Notes: a model not told the origin generated them from the sequence alone. 64,000 nucleotides of DNA from Mobula hypostoma (GCF_963921235.1 NC_086097.1:34040001-34104000); one strand, 5' to 3'; counted from the first letter of the stretch, positions 1 through 13,570 are shown. Made by a program: numbers and translations.

Positions 1-900
1 ATGTGTTCCCTCGACTACCCCTTCCTGCAGTCCACAATCAAAAGCTTGATCTTACTGACAACGAGTGCAAGGTTGTCATTGTCACACCACTCCACCAGCA
101 GATCTATCTTGCTTCCTCATCACCATCTGAAATTCTGCCAACAATAGTTGTGTCCTTTGCAAATTTATAGATGTCACTTGAGCTGTGCCTAGTCACCCAA
201 TCGTGGGTGCAGAAAGAGTAGATCAATACTCTAAGCATGTATCCTTGAGGTGCACCAGTGTTGATTGTCAATGAGGAGAAGATGTTATTTCCAATCTGCA
301 CAGACTGTGGTCTCACATTGATGAAGTCAAGGATCCAGTTTCACAGGGAGGTACAGAGGCTCAGGTTTTGAAGGTTGTTGATCAGTATCAAAGGTATGAT
401 GTATTATACGTTGAGCTGTAATCAATAAACAGATGCATGATGCATGTTTTTCTGTAGGCCTGGTGGTCCAAGGCCAGGTGTAGAACCAATAGATTGAATT
501 GGCTGTAGACCTATTGTGATGATAGGTAAATACAGCTGGTCCAGTTCCTTGCTCAGACAGGAATTTATTCTGGCCATGACCAACCTCTCAAAGCACTTAT
601 TACAGTAGATGTGACTGCCACTAGGTGACAGTCGTTGAGGCAGCTCACTGCGCTTTTCTTTGGAACTGGTATCATATTGTGCTCTTGAAGTGGTGGGAAC
701 CTCTGACTGAAGCAGTGAGAGGTTGATGATGTCCTGGAAAACTTCCACTAGTTGGTTGGCACAGACTGTCAGAGCTCTACCACGCACACCATCAGGGTCT
801 GACGCTTTGCGAGGGTTCACCCACTTGAAAGATGCTCTGACATCAGCCTGCGAGAGAGAGATCAAATGTTGCCAGATGCTGCTGGGATTTGGACAGGTGT
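1..900 (-). mobile_element. Rex1/Babar LINE, RT part (continues off the window start; split by a CR1 insertion)
   Basis: ORFs 422-865 (VNPRKASDPDGV...LSLLQSEVPT) and 104-316 (RPQSVQIG...TGAPQG...[14 protein letters not shown]) show decayed Rex1-type RT motifs. Confidence 0.88.
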
Positions 901-3900
901 AACAGAAAACCTACAGCACATTATAGGCCCTTCGGCCCACAATGCTGTGCCAAACATGTCCCTACTTTAGAAATTACCTAGGGTTACCCATAGCCCTCTA
1001 TTTTTCTAAGCTCAATGAACCTATCCAGGAATCTCTTAAAAGACCCTATCATATCTGCCTCCACTACCGTCGTTGGCAGCTCATTCCATGCACTCACCAC
1101 TTTCTGCGTAAAAAACTTACCCCTGACATCTCCTCTGTACCTACCTCTAAGCACCTTAAAACTGGGCCCTCTCCTGTTAGACCTGGGAAAAAGCCTCTGG
1201 CTATCCACATGATCAATGCCTCTTATCATCTTATACACCTCTATCAGGTCACCTCTTATCCTCCGTCGCTCCAAGGAGAAAAGGCCGAATTCACTCAACC
1301 TATTCTCATAAGGCATGCTCACCAATCCAGGCAACATCCTTGTAAATCTCCTCTGCACCCTTTCTATGGTTTCCATGTCTTTCCTATAGTGAAGAGACCA
1401 GAACTGAGCACAGTACTCCAAGTAGGGTCTGACCAGGGTCCTATATAGCTGCAACATTACCTCTCAGCTCTTAAACTCAATCCCACGATTGATGAAGGCC
1501 AATACACCATATAACTTTTTAACTACAGAGTCAACCTGTGTAGCAGCTTTGAGTGTCTTATGAATTCAGACCCCAAGATCCCTCTGATCCTCCACACTGC
1601 CAAGAGTCTTACCATTAATATCCTGCCATCATATTTGACCTACCAAAAGGAACCACCTCACACTTATCTGGGTTGAACTCCATCTGCCACTTCTCAGCCC
1701 AGTTTTGCAACCTATCAATGTCCCACTGTAACCTCTGACAACCTGTCACACTATCCAAAACACCCCCAACCTTTGTGTCATCAGCAAATTTACTAACTTA
1801 TCCCTCCACTTCCTCATCCAGGTCACTTATAAAAATCAGAAAGATAACGGGTCCCAGAACAGATCCCCGAGGCACACCACTGGTCACCGACCTCCAGGCA
1901 GAATATGACCCATCTATAACCACTCTTTGCCTACTATGGGCAAGCCAATTCTGGATCCACAAAGCAATGTCCCCTTGGATCCCATGTCTCCTTACTTTCT
2001 CAATAAACCTTACATGGCGTAAGTACTTGCCTTGCTGAAATCCATATACACTACATCTACTGCTCTACCTTCGTCAATATGTTTAGTCACATCCTCAAAG
2101 AATTCAATCAGGCTTGTCAGGCACGACCTGCCCTTGACAAAGCCATGCTGACTATTCCTAATCATATTATGCCTCTCCAAATGTTCATAAATCCTGCCTC
2201 CCAGGATCTTTTCCATCAACTTAACAACCACTGAGGTAAGACTCACTGGTCTATAATTTCCTGGGCTATCTCTACTCCCCTTTCTTGAATAAGGGAACAA
2301 CATCCGCAACCCTTCAATCCTCCGGAACCTCTCCTGTCTCCATTGATGATGCAAAGATCATCATCAGAGGCTCAGCAATCTCATCCCTCACCTCCCACAG
2401 TAGCCTGGGATGCATCTCGTCTGGTCCTGGTAACTTATCCAACTTGATGCTTTCCAAAAGCTCCAGCACATCTTCTTTCTTAATCTCTACATGCTCAAGC
2501 TTTTCAGTCTGCTGTAAGTCATCACTACAATCACCAAGATCCTTTTCCATAGTGAATACTGAAGCAAAGTATTCATTAATTACCTCTGCTATCTTCTCCG
2601 GTTCCACACACACTTTTCCACTGTCGCACTTGATTGGTCCTATTCTCTCATGTCTTATCCTCTTGCTCTTCACATACTAGTAGAATGCCTTGGGGTTTTC
2701 TTTAATCCTGTCCTCCAAGGCCTTCTCATGGCCCCTTCTGGCTCTCTTAATTTCAATCTCAAGTTCCTTCCTGCTAGCCTTATAATCTTCTAGATCTCTA
2801 TCATTACCTAGTTTTTTGAACCTTTCATAAGATTTTCTTTTTTTCTCGTCTAAATTTACAACAGCCTTTGTACACCATGTTTCCTGTACCCTATCATCCT
2901 TTCCCTGTCTCATTGGAACGTACCTTTGCAGAACTCCACGTAAATATTCCCTGAACATTTGCTACATTTCTGCCGTACATTTTCCTGAGAACATCTGCTC
3001 CCAATTTATGTTTCCAAGTTCCTGCCTGATAGCTTCATATTTCCCCTTACTCCAGTTAAATGCTTTCCTAACTTGTCTGTTCCTATCTCTCTTCAATGCT
3101 ATGGTAAAGGAGATAGAATTGTGCACACTATCACCAAAATGCTCTCCCACTGAGAGACCTGACACCTGACCAGGTTCATTTCCCAATACCAGATAAAGTA
3201 CAGCCTCTCTTCTTGTAGGCTTATCTACATATTGTTGCAGAAAACTTTCCTGAACACCCAAACTCCACCCCATCTAAAACACCCAAACTCCAACCCACTT
3301 AAAACCTTTGCTCTAGGGAGATGCCAATCATCATTTGGGAAATTAAATCTCCCACCGTGACAACCCTGTTATTATTACACCTTTCCAGAATCTGTCTCCC
3401 TATCTGCTCCTCAATGTCCTTGTTACTATTGGGTGGTCTATAAAAAACACCCAGTAGAGTTATTGACTCCTTCCTGTTCCTAACTTCCACCCACAGAGAC
3501 TCAACAGACAATTCTTCATGACTTCCTCCTTTTCTGCAACTGTGTCACTATCTCTGATCAACAGTGCCACGCCCCCACCTCTTTTGCCTCCCTCCCGGTC
3601 CTTTCTGAAACATCTAAAGCCTGGCACTCGAAGTAAACATTCCTGCCCCTGAACCATCCAAATCTATGTAATGGTCACAACATCACAGCTCCAAGTACTG
3701 ATCCACGCTCTAAGCCCATCCGCTTTGTTCATAATACTCCTTGCATTAAAATAGACACATCTCAAACCGTCAGTCTGAGCATATCCCTTCTCCATCACCT
3801 GCCAATCCTCCCTCTCGCACTGTCTATAAGCTTTCTCTATTTGTGAGCCAACCGCCCCTTCTTCCGTCTCTTCATTTTGGTTCTCCCCCCCCGCCCCCCC

Positions 3901-4700
3901 GCAATTCTAGTTTAAACTCTCCTAGTAGCCTTAGCAAACCTCCCTGCCTGGATATTGGTCCCCCTCGGATTCAAGTGCAACCTGTCCTTTTTGTACAGGT
4001 CACGCCTGTCCCAAAAGAGGTCCCAATGATCCAGAAATCTGAATCCCTGCCCCTGCTCCAATCCTTCAGCCACACATTTATCCTCCACCTCATTCTATTC
4101 CTATACTCACTGTCACGTGGCACAGGCAGTAATCTCGAGATTACTATCTTTGAAGTCCTACTTCTCAATTTCCTTCCTAACTCCCTGTAGTCTGTTTTCA
4201 GGACCTCCTCCCTTTTCCTACCTATGTCATTGGTACAAATATGTACCTCTGGCTGTTCTCTTTCCCACTTCAGGATATCGTGGACGCGATCAGAAACATC
4301 CCAGACCCTGGTACCTGGGAGGCAAACTACCTATTTCTTTCCTGCATCCAGGCAGGGAGGTTTGCTGAGGCTACTGGGAGAGTTTAAACTAGAATTGCAG
4401 GGGGGTGAGAACCAAAATGAAGAGACGGAAGAAGGGGCGGTTAGCTTACAAATAGAGAAAGCTTGTAGACAGTGCGAGAGGGAGGATTGGCAGGTGATGG
4501 AGAAGGGGTATGCTCAGGGACTATAGGGTCTCTATAGCCTGACCCTCTAACTATAGAGTCCCCTGTCACTGCTACCATCCTCTTCCTTTCCCTACCCTTC
4601 TGAGCCAAAGGGCCAGACTCCATGCCAAAGGCGCAGCCTATGTTGCTCGCCCCAGGTAGGTTGTCCTCCTCAACAGTATTCTTCCCTCTCTGGATCGTTA
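901..4700 (-). mobile_element. CR1 LINE with ORF1 esterase remnant, decayed ORF2 (APE endonuclease + RT) and 3' tail
   Basis: ORF1-like GDSIVRG (4441-4623) and ISRLLPVPR (3971-4168). Endonuclease motifs GGGVALLIR and LGVFYRPPNS. RT motifs PGNYRPVSLTS and QHGFVKGRSCLTSLIEFF. C-terminal LYRTLVRPYLEYC...LERRRIRGDLIEVYK. Tail reaches about 901. Confidence 0.93.
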
Positions 4701-4709
4701 CTCAGGAAG

Positions 4710-6057
4710 TTCTCCCTTTCAAGATGTGTATAAAAAACATTAAGGTCATCTGGGAGTGAAGCACCACAGCCATTCACGATTTTAGGTTTCACCTTTTAGG
4801 AAGTAATGGCCTGCAAACCCTGCCAGGGCTGACATGCATCCAATTCTGTCTCTAGCTTCAATTGGAATTGTTTTCTCACTCTTAAAATAGACTTCCGTAG
4901 GTTGTACCCGGACCTCTTGTCTAGTCCTGGATTGCCAGTCTTGAATGGCACAGATCTAGCCATCAGCAGTCTGTGAATCTCCTGGTTCATCCATGACTTT
5001 TGGTTTGGATATGTCTGGTATGTTTTTGAAGGTACACGCTCATCCACACACAGGTCTTGATGAAGTTGATGACAACTGGAACATGTTCACTAAGATTTTG
5101 AAGATGAATCCCTGAATATTGCTCAGTCTACCAATCCAAAACAGTCCTGTAAGTGCTCCTCAACTTCCCTTGACCATACCTTTGTCGTCTTCCCCACTGG
5201 TGCTATCGTCATTCTCTGCCTGTACTCCAGGAGCAGAAGTACAGCTGATCGGACTTGCACAAGTGCAGGTGTGGGATGGCACAGTAAATGTTCTTGATGG
5301 TGGTGTAACAGTGGCCAAGCATGCTGGTAGTTGTTGATCAGAGGAGATTTCTTTAAGCGGGTCTGGTTGAAATCCCAGCAATGATCTGGAAGACATTAGG
5401 GTGAGTTGTTTCATGATTGCTGATCATGGTGCACAGCTCTTCCAGTGCCTGCTTGCTTGACATTGGCCGGGGGGTGGGAGTGGGGGTGGAATGTACATCT
5501 CTACCAGGATGATGTTGGGAAACTCCCTTGGCAGGTAAAATGGATGACATTTGACCGCTAGATCTGAGAAGAATGGAGAAGAACCATCACAATGAGTTAA
5601 GCATGAAGCACACTCTACCCCATCTATATTTTAGTGACTCCACTGTTCTGTCCATGTGGTGGATTGTGAAGCCCTTGGACAGCAGCACCGCATCCAAAAT
5701 GGTAAGAGTGAGCCACGTTTCTATGAAGCAAAGTACACAGCAGTTCCTGATGTCCCTCTGGGATTGCAGTTTTATTTTACAGAGACTGTATGTTTGCCAG
5801 CAAGATGGTAGGAAGTGGAAGTCTCAGGACCTTCACTCTTGCAGTCCAACACACTTCCCATATTTCCTTTTTCTTTAAGGGAAACTGCACACACGACTTG
5901 AGTATGCGGTCCAGGGTCTGCTGATTCTGAGGATTGATTGATTTTTGAACACCTTAAAACAATGTTGCTCACTGGAGGTTGTAAGTGTGGATTTCAGCTG
6001 TATTTGATGATTCCTTACAGAGCTGCACACAAGAGTTGCCACTTCCGGTGCCATCTC
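4710..6057 (-). mobile_element. Rex1/Babar LINE, 5' part (endonuclease/linker), continuation of 1-900
   Basis: YPNQKSWMNQEI...WQGLQAITS (4796-5047) and ALEELCTMISNHETTHP..IIAG (5353-5550). The 5' end begins agatggcaccggaag near 6057. Confidence 0.82.
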
Positions 6058-6064
6058 TAATTTT

Positions 6065-6870
6065 GATTATAAGAAGCAACAGGAGTAGACGATACAACAT
6101 TATTAGCCTGATCTGGCATTCAATTAGCCCATGACTAATTTGGTCCTTATCTCAATTTTGTATCTCCTTGACCTTTGACTCAGTTTTTATCCAAAATGCT
6201 ATCTGTCTCAGCCTTGAATATACTTAACAGTTTGGCCTCCAAATTAATTTAAAGAAGAAATTCCTCCTCATCTCTTTCTTCAATGGGCAACTTGTTATTC
6301 ATAAGCTATGCCCCCTTGTTTTATTTTTCCAGAAGGGGAAATAGTTTCTCAGCAATACTTTTCTCAAGTTCCCTTGGAATCTTGTATGTTTAAATGAGAT
6401 CATCTCAGTCTCCTAAATATCAGAGTACGTTGACCGAAGAAGTTTGATCATCCCCTAAAAAGACATCCCTTTTGTTTCAGGTGTCAACCTGATGAACCTT
6501 CCTGAACTGGTTCCAGTGCAAGTGTTCTGTCTTAGAACAAAGTATATAGAACTCTACAGCACAGTACAGGCCCTTCAGCCCATGATATGGTGCCCAACTC
6601 ATCACCTACTCTACGATCAATCTAACCCTTCACTCCATTTTTCTATCACCCATATGCTTATCTAAGAGTCTCTTAAATTACCCTAACGTATCTGTCTTCA
6701 CCACCACTCCTAGCATGGCATTCCAAGCATACCCCGCTCTCTGCGTAAGAAACTTAACTCTGACATCCCTCCTTTACTTTCCTCCAATCACCTCAAAGAT
6801 ATGCCTTCTTGTATTAGCCATTTTTGCCCAGGGGAAATGTCTCTGGCTACCCATTTGATCTCTGGATCCA
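6065..6870 (-). mobile_element. Two old CR1 3'-end fragments
   Basis: CR1-type tail signatures near 6070 and at 6534 (tagaactctacagcacagtacaggcccttcagccc), followed by decayed ORF2 C-terminal sequence. Confidence 0.65.
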
Positions 6871-7589
6871 TTCAAGCAATATTGAGTTTTACTGAAGTGC
6901 TGACAAAGGGTGTCAGTCCAACACATTGACGGTTTATTCCTTTCCATAGATGCTGAGCTCCTCCAGCATTCTGTGTGTGTTATTCTGTTTTACTAGTCTT
7001 CCCAAGAAAATGGATAATCTCACATCTCCTCATTTTATACTCCACCTGCCAAAATCTTGCCCACTCATGCATCCTACATTCATTCTTCGCAGGTTCTTTG
7101 CATTCTCTACACAATTTCCTTCACCACCTATCTCTGTGCCATCACCAAACTTGGCTCCAATGCACAACAATCCTTTTATCTATGTCTCTGCCTACAGTGG
7201 ATCATATCTATAGTTGAAGCCTCTGCACTTACCCCATGACAACCAAAGAGTTACAGCATCCAAACTGAAAATTGTCCATTTATCCTGACACTCCTTCTTC
7301 TGTTAGATTGTCAGTCCTCAATAAATGTTAATGGGTATATCAATCCCCTGCCTACCAGTATATCGACCACCCTTCCAGCTATTTCCTTCAAGATTCCAGA
7401 ATAGCATCATCCAGGAGACTTATCAGCCTTTTGTCAGAACAGTTTGCTATTTTTTTCCTAGTCATAAATATTGTCTTAAGATTCTTGGTCACTCCCAATC
7501 CATAATCTTTTATTACTGTTGGGATGCCTTTGGTATGCAGGAAAAAAACAAGTTCTTTATCCCATGGGCTCTGCAGTGACCATCAAGTA

Positions 7590-7830
7590 CACATTTACGC
7601 TCATTAGTCCCATTTTATCCTCCTTACATTCCCCTCAACTTCCCCCAGACTCTACCTCTTGTCTACACTATAAAGGCGAATCACAGCAGCAAGTAATGTC
7701 TCAACTGGAAAACCCGGAGGGTGCCTATACAGTCACAGGGAAAACACACAAACTCTGCACTGGAAGCACAAGAGGACAGTGCTGAATCTGGGTCACTGTA
7801 GCTGTGAGGCCACATCACTGTGCTGCCCAT
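7590..7830 (-). mobile_element. Degenerate V-SINE (HE1-like)
   Basis: Reverse V-domain-like sequence ggaaaacccggag...gtcacagggaaaacacacaaactc. Confidence 0.5.
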
Positions 7831-7964
7831 TTCTGCCATGTTGGCAGACACAAAGCATTTATGCAATGACTCTGCCAATCTACATGCGCATGCACACGAA
7901 CCCTTAACCAGGTGTGCAGGGATTGTCTAGAGTACAATTTTGTATGGACAGTCTTGTACTAATT

Positions 7965-8335
7965 TATGTATCATTTTGTGCTGTGTCATGCGACGTGGGA
8001 GATCATGGTCTCATGACCATGATTGTTCTTGGTAAATCTTTCTACAGAAGTGGTTTGCCATTGCTTTCTTCAGGGCGCTGTCTTTACAAGATGGGTGATC
8101 CCAGCCTTTATCAGAGATTGTCTGCCTGGCATCAGTGCTCGCATAACCAGGACTTGTGATATGCACCAGCTGCTCATATGACCATCCACCACCTACTACC
8201 ATGGCTTCACATAAACCTGATCAGTGGTGGTGGCTAAGCAAGTTCTACACCTTGCCCAAGGGTGACCTGCAGGCTAGCAGAAGGAAGGAGCACCTTACAC
8301 CTCCTTTGGTGGAGACGTACCTCCACCCTGCCATT
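7965..8335 (-). mobile_element. RTE-related SINE or non-autonomous element
   Basis: Contains cagaagtggtttgccattgctttcttc and caccttgcccaagggtgacc, resembling RTE-mobilised short elements. No ORF. Confidence 0.5.
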
Positions 8336-9476
8336 CAAATTTATGTATGCATGGTTCTGTGCATGTTTACACACCGAGTCACAGGTCTAGCTGTTGCCCT
8401 GCATACTTAAGTTCAAGTATGCTTGCATGTGCTTTCTTATTGTGTTGAAGTGCCTTCAATCTGGAAAGTTATGTTTCTCTTTCTGTAAAAAGCTGCTGGA
8501 CCTGCCGATTGCTTTGGCATTTTCTGTTTTTACTTTATGTTTCTAGCATCTGGAGTTCTTTGCCTTTCTATGTCCAGGAATGACTGCACAGAGTTCCAGG
8601 TCCAGTTATAAACATTTAGTCCCATGGCCAGGAATGTATGCACAGTTCCTCGTCAAGTAACACTCAGGGACTCATCGATAGTCCTGAGTCCAGGTATATG
8701 CCAATGTCCCAAGTTCAAGTAAGTGTGCATGGTTCCAGAATGTATATATGGTCCCAAATCCCAAGCCATAAATGCAGGCTTGTGTTCACAATCCTGCATC
8801 CAGGTACTGATGTAATGCCAGCAGGAATACTGGCTAAGCACACTGGTAGGAAGATGTACGTTGGGAGACAATTAGTGTTCCAGAGTTGCAGAAATTACTT
8901 TGAAGTGGAAATGCACAGTGTGCTTTGAGAAAAGACGAGCGTGTGAATGTGCAAGCTGTGAGGCTGTGTGACAGTGACGTCTGACCACCTGTGGCTTCTG
9001 ATTGAGCACAGAGCGTTCACAAAACTGATGTTAAACAGGCTCCTGATAAAACATAGAACATTACAGAACAAAGCCAACCCATCAGCCCCTGATATTGTGC
9101 CAACCTTTTAACCTACTCTAAGATCAATCTAACCCTCCCCTCCCACATTACGCTCCATCTTTCCATCATCCAAGTGCTTAGGAGTTTCTTAAGTGTCCAT
9201 AATGTATCTGCAGATATCCAATGAAACTTGCCCACCACCCAAATTTATGTATGCATGGTTCTGTGCATGTTTACACACTGAGTCACAAGTCTGGATGTTC
9301 CCCTGCATACCTAAATCCAAGTATGCCTGCTTGTGCTTACTAATTGTGCTGAAGGGCCTCCAACCTGAAAGGCTATCTGTTCCTCTTTCTGCAAGAAGCC
9401 GATGGATCTGCTGGTTGCTTCAGCATTTTCTGTTTCTCCTGTATGTTTCTAGCATCTGCAGTTCTTTGCCTTTCTA
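8336..9476 (+). repeat. Direct duplication of about 235 bp (8336-8570 and 9240-9476)
   Basis: Both copies begin caaatttatgtatgcatggttctgtgcatgtttacacac and end gttctttgcctttcta; the internal sequence has diverged. Confidence 0.9.
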
Positions 9477-9959
9477 AGTTCAACAACAGTAAAAGCAGGC
9501 CCTAGGAAGATTTTGCAGTTGGAGTTTTATCTCAAGAGTAGTAGCTCTCAGCCAAATAAAATATGGTCTGGTCAGCCATGAACCCATGCTGGCAGGTGGA
9601 TCCCTGAGACAGGTGCAGTCACCAGAAGTTGCACCTTGTCAAATCACTCGCTGACTGACCCAAGTTTTGTCTCGAAGCTTAGAATGGCAGAGAGACTACC
9701 CTAATGACAGCTGTAACATTGAGATTGCCAGAGTCTTAAAAGCTCCAGTTCAGGTATTTTGCTACATAACAAGGGCATCTTGTTTTGTTTTTGTTGGTGT
9801 TTACTAAAAATTCTTAGGACTCCTACACAGTTACTGGAGTTGCATTATTGTCTCACTGTAACTGTAGACGGGGGTGAGTTGACACCAGACTACAGTCTGG
9901 TGCCCAGGTGAGCTGTTTCCCAGTGGTGTCAATAAAATCCCTAGAGACTCGGTCAAATT

Positions 9960-11570
9960 ACTAGGCATTCCACACCGCAGAAAATAAAAACTCCTGATGT
10001 AGGAGGTAAACCATTGGCATGGATGGAAGAATGACTGGCAACAGGAAACTGAAAGCAGGCATGACAAGACCTTTTTCTGGTCAGCAGATGCTAAGACTGA
10101 TGTGTCACAGGGATCACTGCATCAAAAATCAACAATTTATATCTAAAAAAAGCTTTGGATGAAGGTGTGATTGCTAAATTTACTGATGACTCAAAGCTAA
10201 TTAGGAAAGTAGAGTGGGCAAAGACTTGGCAAATGGAGTACAATGTGAGATAATGTGAAATTCTCTATTTTGGCAGGAATAAGAAGCTTATCTATTTGCT
10301 GAGAGACTGTGGAGCTTTGTGGAGCTCAGGGGTTGGGTGTCCTAATGCATGACGCAAAAGATAAATGTGAGAGAAAGCAAGCAATAACAGAATGCTATTG
10401 TCTATTGCTGGAGGAATTGGATACAAAAGTAGGAAGTCAATGTTTATTGACTGGTATGGCAACACCAATGTCCTTGAATGGAAAATCCTACAAAAAGTAG
10501 TGGACACAGCCCAGTCCATCACAGGTAAAGCATCCCCAACATTGAGCACATCTACACCAAAAAGCTGTTGCAGGAAAGCAGCATCTATCGTTGGGAACAA
10601 CCACCACCCAGGTCATGCTCTCTTCTCACTGCTGCCATCAGGAAGGTGGTACAGGACCCTCAGGACTCACACCACCAAGTTCAGGAACAGTTATTAACTT
10701 TTGCCCATCGGCTCTTGAATCAAAGGGGATAACTTCTCTCAACTTCACCTGCCCCATCATTGAAATGTTCCCATAACCCATTGATTTACTTTCAGGGATG
10801 CTTCATCTCATTTTCCCAATAGTTATTGATTATTTACTTATTATTATTTCATCATTCTTATTGTATTTGCACAGTTTGTTGTCTATTGTGCACTGGCTGA
10901 ACACTCAAGTCAGAATGGTCTTTCATTGATTCTATTGTGGTTATTATTCTATTATGGATTTACTGAGAATGCCTGCAGGACAGTGATTCTTAGGGTTGTA
11001 CATGGTATCATATACTGTAAGCACTTTGATAATAAATTTACTTTGACCTTTGGCAAATGAGATACTACTGGTCTCCATACTTAAGGAAGGATGTGGATGG
11101 TTTGAAAGCAGTTTATAAAATGTTGATTCAACCAATATCTGGAATGGTGAGCAGTCCTATGCAGAAAGTTGGGAAAAGCTATTCTTGTATCCATCAGATT
11201 TATAAGGGAACTTGACGGGAAACTACAACATCCTCGATTTGGAGAAGATATTTCCACTTCTGGGAGAATCGAGAACTGGGGGGGGGGGGCGCAAATCTAC
11301 TTAAAAATAAAGAGAACCAGTTTAAGATAGAGGTGATGCAACTTTTTTTTCCTTCAGAGGGTTGAGAGTCTTTGGAATATTCTTCCTCATAGCACATGGA
11401 AGCAAAGGTTTTGAATATATTTAAAGCAGATACAGATTGATTCTAGATAAATGGGGGATGCAAGGTCATGGGGTTAGATAAGAACGTGTTGAGGCTAGAA
11501 TCAGATCATCTATGGCTGTGCAGACTTGAGGGTCCTTGTGGCCTAAACATGCTCATAATTCTCATGTTCC
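9960..11570 (+). mobile_element. Old CR1 3' fragment interrupted by a Rex1 3' fragment (about 10435-11050)
   Basis: CR1-like gctaaatttactgatgac...gcaaatggagtacaatgtg upstream, resuming after 11050. The insert encodes WYGN...LQKVVDTAQSITG...HPGHALFSLLPSGR and ends in tail aataaatttactttga. Confidence 0.75.
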
Positions 11571-11639
11571 TAAGTCTGTTTATTCCCATTTACTTTTTTC
11601 TTTAAAACCTCTACTTATTAGCACTGTAGGTAGGGCCTG

Positions 11640-11942
11640 GTTAGTCCTGTGATGCCATGGATCTGCGCCTGGAAAGTCTTCACTCTCCAGGGCGCAGGCC
11701 TGGGCAAGGTTGTATGGAAGACCAACAGTTGCCCATGCTGCAAGTCTCCCCTCTCCATGACACCAATGTTGTCCAAGGGAAGGGCATTAGGACCCATACA
11801 GTTTGGCACCAGTGTCGTCACAGAGCAATGTGTGATTAACTGCCTTGCTCAAGGACACAACACGTTGCCTTGGCTGGGGCTCGAACTCGCGACCTTCAGG
11901 TCGCTAGTCCAATGCCTTAACCACTTGGCCACATGCCCACAC
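11640..11942 (-). mobile_element. tRNA-derived SINE with RTE-related body and tail (copy 1)
   Basis: Minus strand has A box TGGCCAAGTGG, B box GAGTTCGAGCC, then gtgtccttgagcaaggca. Possible TSD agggcct (11632-11638 and 11943-11949). Closely similar to 40306-40624. Confidence 0.85.
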
Positions 11943-12219
11943 AGGGCCTAGTAAAACAATCCCTAGTGACTGTGATAAAGGAATAGTCATTTTCAGGGGA
12001 AAGACCATTTTCAAAATCTCTTTGCTCTCTTTACAGCAAGACATGTCTGCTGAGTGGGAGATCGTGGACTGAGTTGGAGACAGTTCCTTGAGGAGTTTAC
12101 ACTGCAGGTTTGAAAAGCAGCTGAGGACTGTTGGGATTTGTCTGCCGAGCAGGAGATTGCTTGGGTTATTAGTAACTTAGCAAGGGCCAAGAAAAGGCGT
12201 AGGAGGAATAAAGGTGTAG

Positions 12220-12950
12220 ACTTTTTTCTAAATGGAGGGAAAGTTCAAAACTCAGAATCAGAAGTGCAAAAGGACTTGGAGGTCCTTGTGCAGGATTCCT
12301 AAAGGTTAACTTGAAGGCTGATGATCAGGAAGGCAAATGTAATGTTAGCATTCATTTTGAGAGGACTAGAATATAAGAGCAAGGATATAATACTGAGACT
12401 TCATAGGCATTGGTTAGGGTGCACTTGGAGCATTGTGAGCAGTTTTGTGCCCCTTATCAAAGAGAAGATGTTTTGGCATTGGAGTGGGTCCAGAGGAAGT
12501 TCAGAAGAATGTTTCTGTGAAAGAATATGCAGAGAGTTTGCTGGCTCTGAACCTTTATTTACTGGAGTTTAGAAGAATAAGGAGGGATCTCACTGAAATC
12601 TATCAAATATGGAAAGGCTTAGATAGAATGTACATGGATTGTATGTTTCCAATAGTGGGGGAGTGCAGGACTAGAGGGACGTCCATTTAGAAAGGAGATG
12701 AGCCGGAATTTCTTCAGCTAGAGTGTGGTGAATCTGTGGAATTCATTGCTACAGATGGCTGTGGGTGCCAAGTTATTGAGTATATTTAATGCAACAGTTG
12801 ATAGATTCTTGATTAGTCAGGGTGTCAAACACAACAAAGAGAAGGCAGGAGAATGGAGCTGAAAGGGATAATAAATCAGCCATAATTGAATGGTGGAACA
12901 GGGTCGACGGGGCGAGTGGCCAAATTCTGCTCCTAGATCTTAATGGTCTT
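12220..12950 (+). mobile_element. CR1 3' fragment
   Basis: KANVMLAFILRGLEYKSKD and LEFRRIRRDLTEIY motifs; tail ctgctcctagatcttaatggtctt. Confidence 0.8.
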
Positions 12951-13199
12951 AACTTGTAGTGCTGAAGATGGGCGGTGCCAGTGTTAGCCCCAAGTGCCCT
13001 TGTGTCAGCTGCCACTCAGGTGAGACATCTTCACCCAAAAACTAGAAACGAAGCAGTCAACACATATTGTGCCATTGCAGTTTCTCTGCCAGCCATTGTT
13101 AGGGTGAAATGATAAACACTGGGATTTTTTCACACACATGGGATAGGTTTCTGTACTTAGCTTCACAAAGTAAAGTCAAATTACTATTATGAAATCTTA

Positions 13200-13570
13200 C
13201 TTAATGGAATTTAATGCAGACAAATGTGAGGTGTTGCATTTTGGGAGGAAGTACTAGGGGAAGACTTAAACAGGGAATGATAGGGTTCTCTGTTGTGCTG
13301 CAGAACAAAGGAACCTGGGAATAAAGATTCCTAATTCCTTAAAAGTGGCATCATGTGTCTATAAGTTGGTAAAAGAGCTCTTGGCACATTGGCCTTTATA
13401 AATCAGGAGTTGGGCTGTTATGCTGAATTTGTAGAAGACATCGATGAGGCCATATTTGGAGAATTGTGAACAGTTTGGGTTAGCGACCCACAGGAAAGAT
13501 GAAAGTAAGGTTGAGAGAGTACAGAGAAAATTTACAAGGATGTTGCCAGGATTTGAAGACTCTAGTTATG
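13200..13570 (+). mobile_element. CR1 ORF2 fragment, resuming briefly at about 14105
   Basis: atggaatttaatgcagacaaatgtgagg and ERVQRKFTRMLPG; continues as gagttatagggaaaggtt after the insertion. Confidence 0.75.

Noticed and set aside
11870..11942. tRNA gene (also 40550-40624 and 47260-47330)
   Set aside because: These are SINE heads continuing into a repeat body; no complete cloverleaf seen.
13010..13080. Minus-strand peptide GTICVDCFVSSFWVKMSHLS, loosely like NCKX AIVCDDFFVPSL
   Set aside because: Similarity too weak for a highly conserved segment, no matching splice sites, and an in-frame stop follows.
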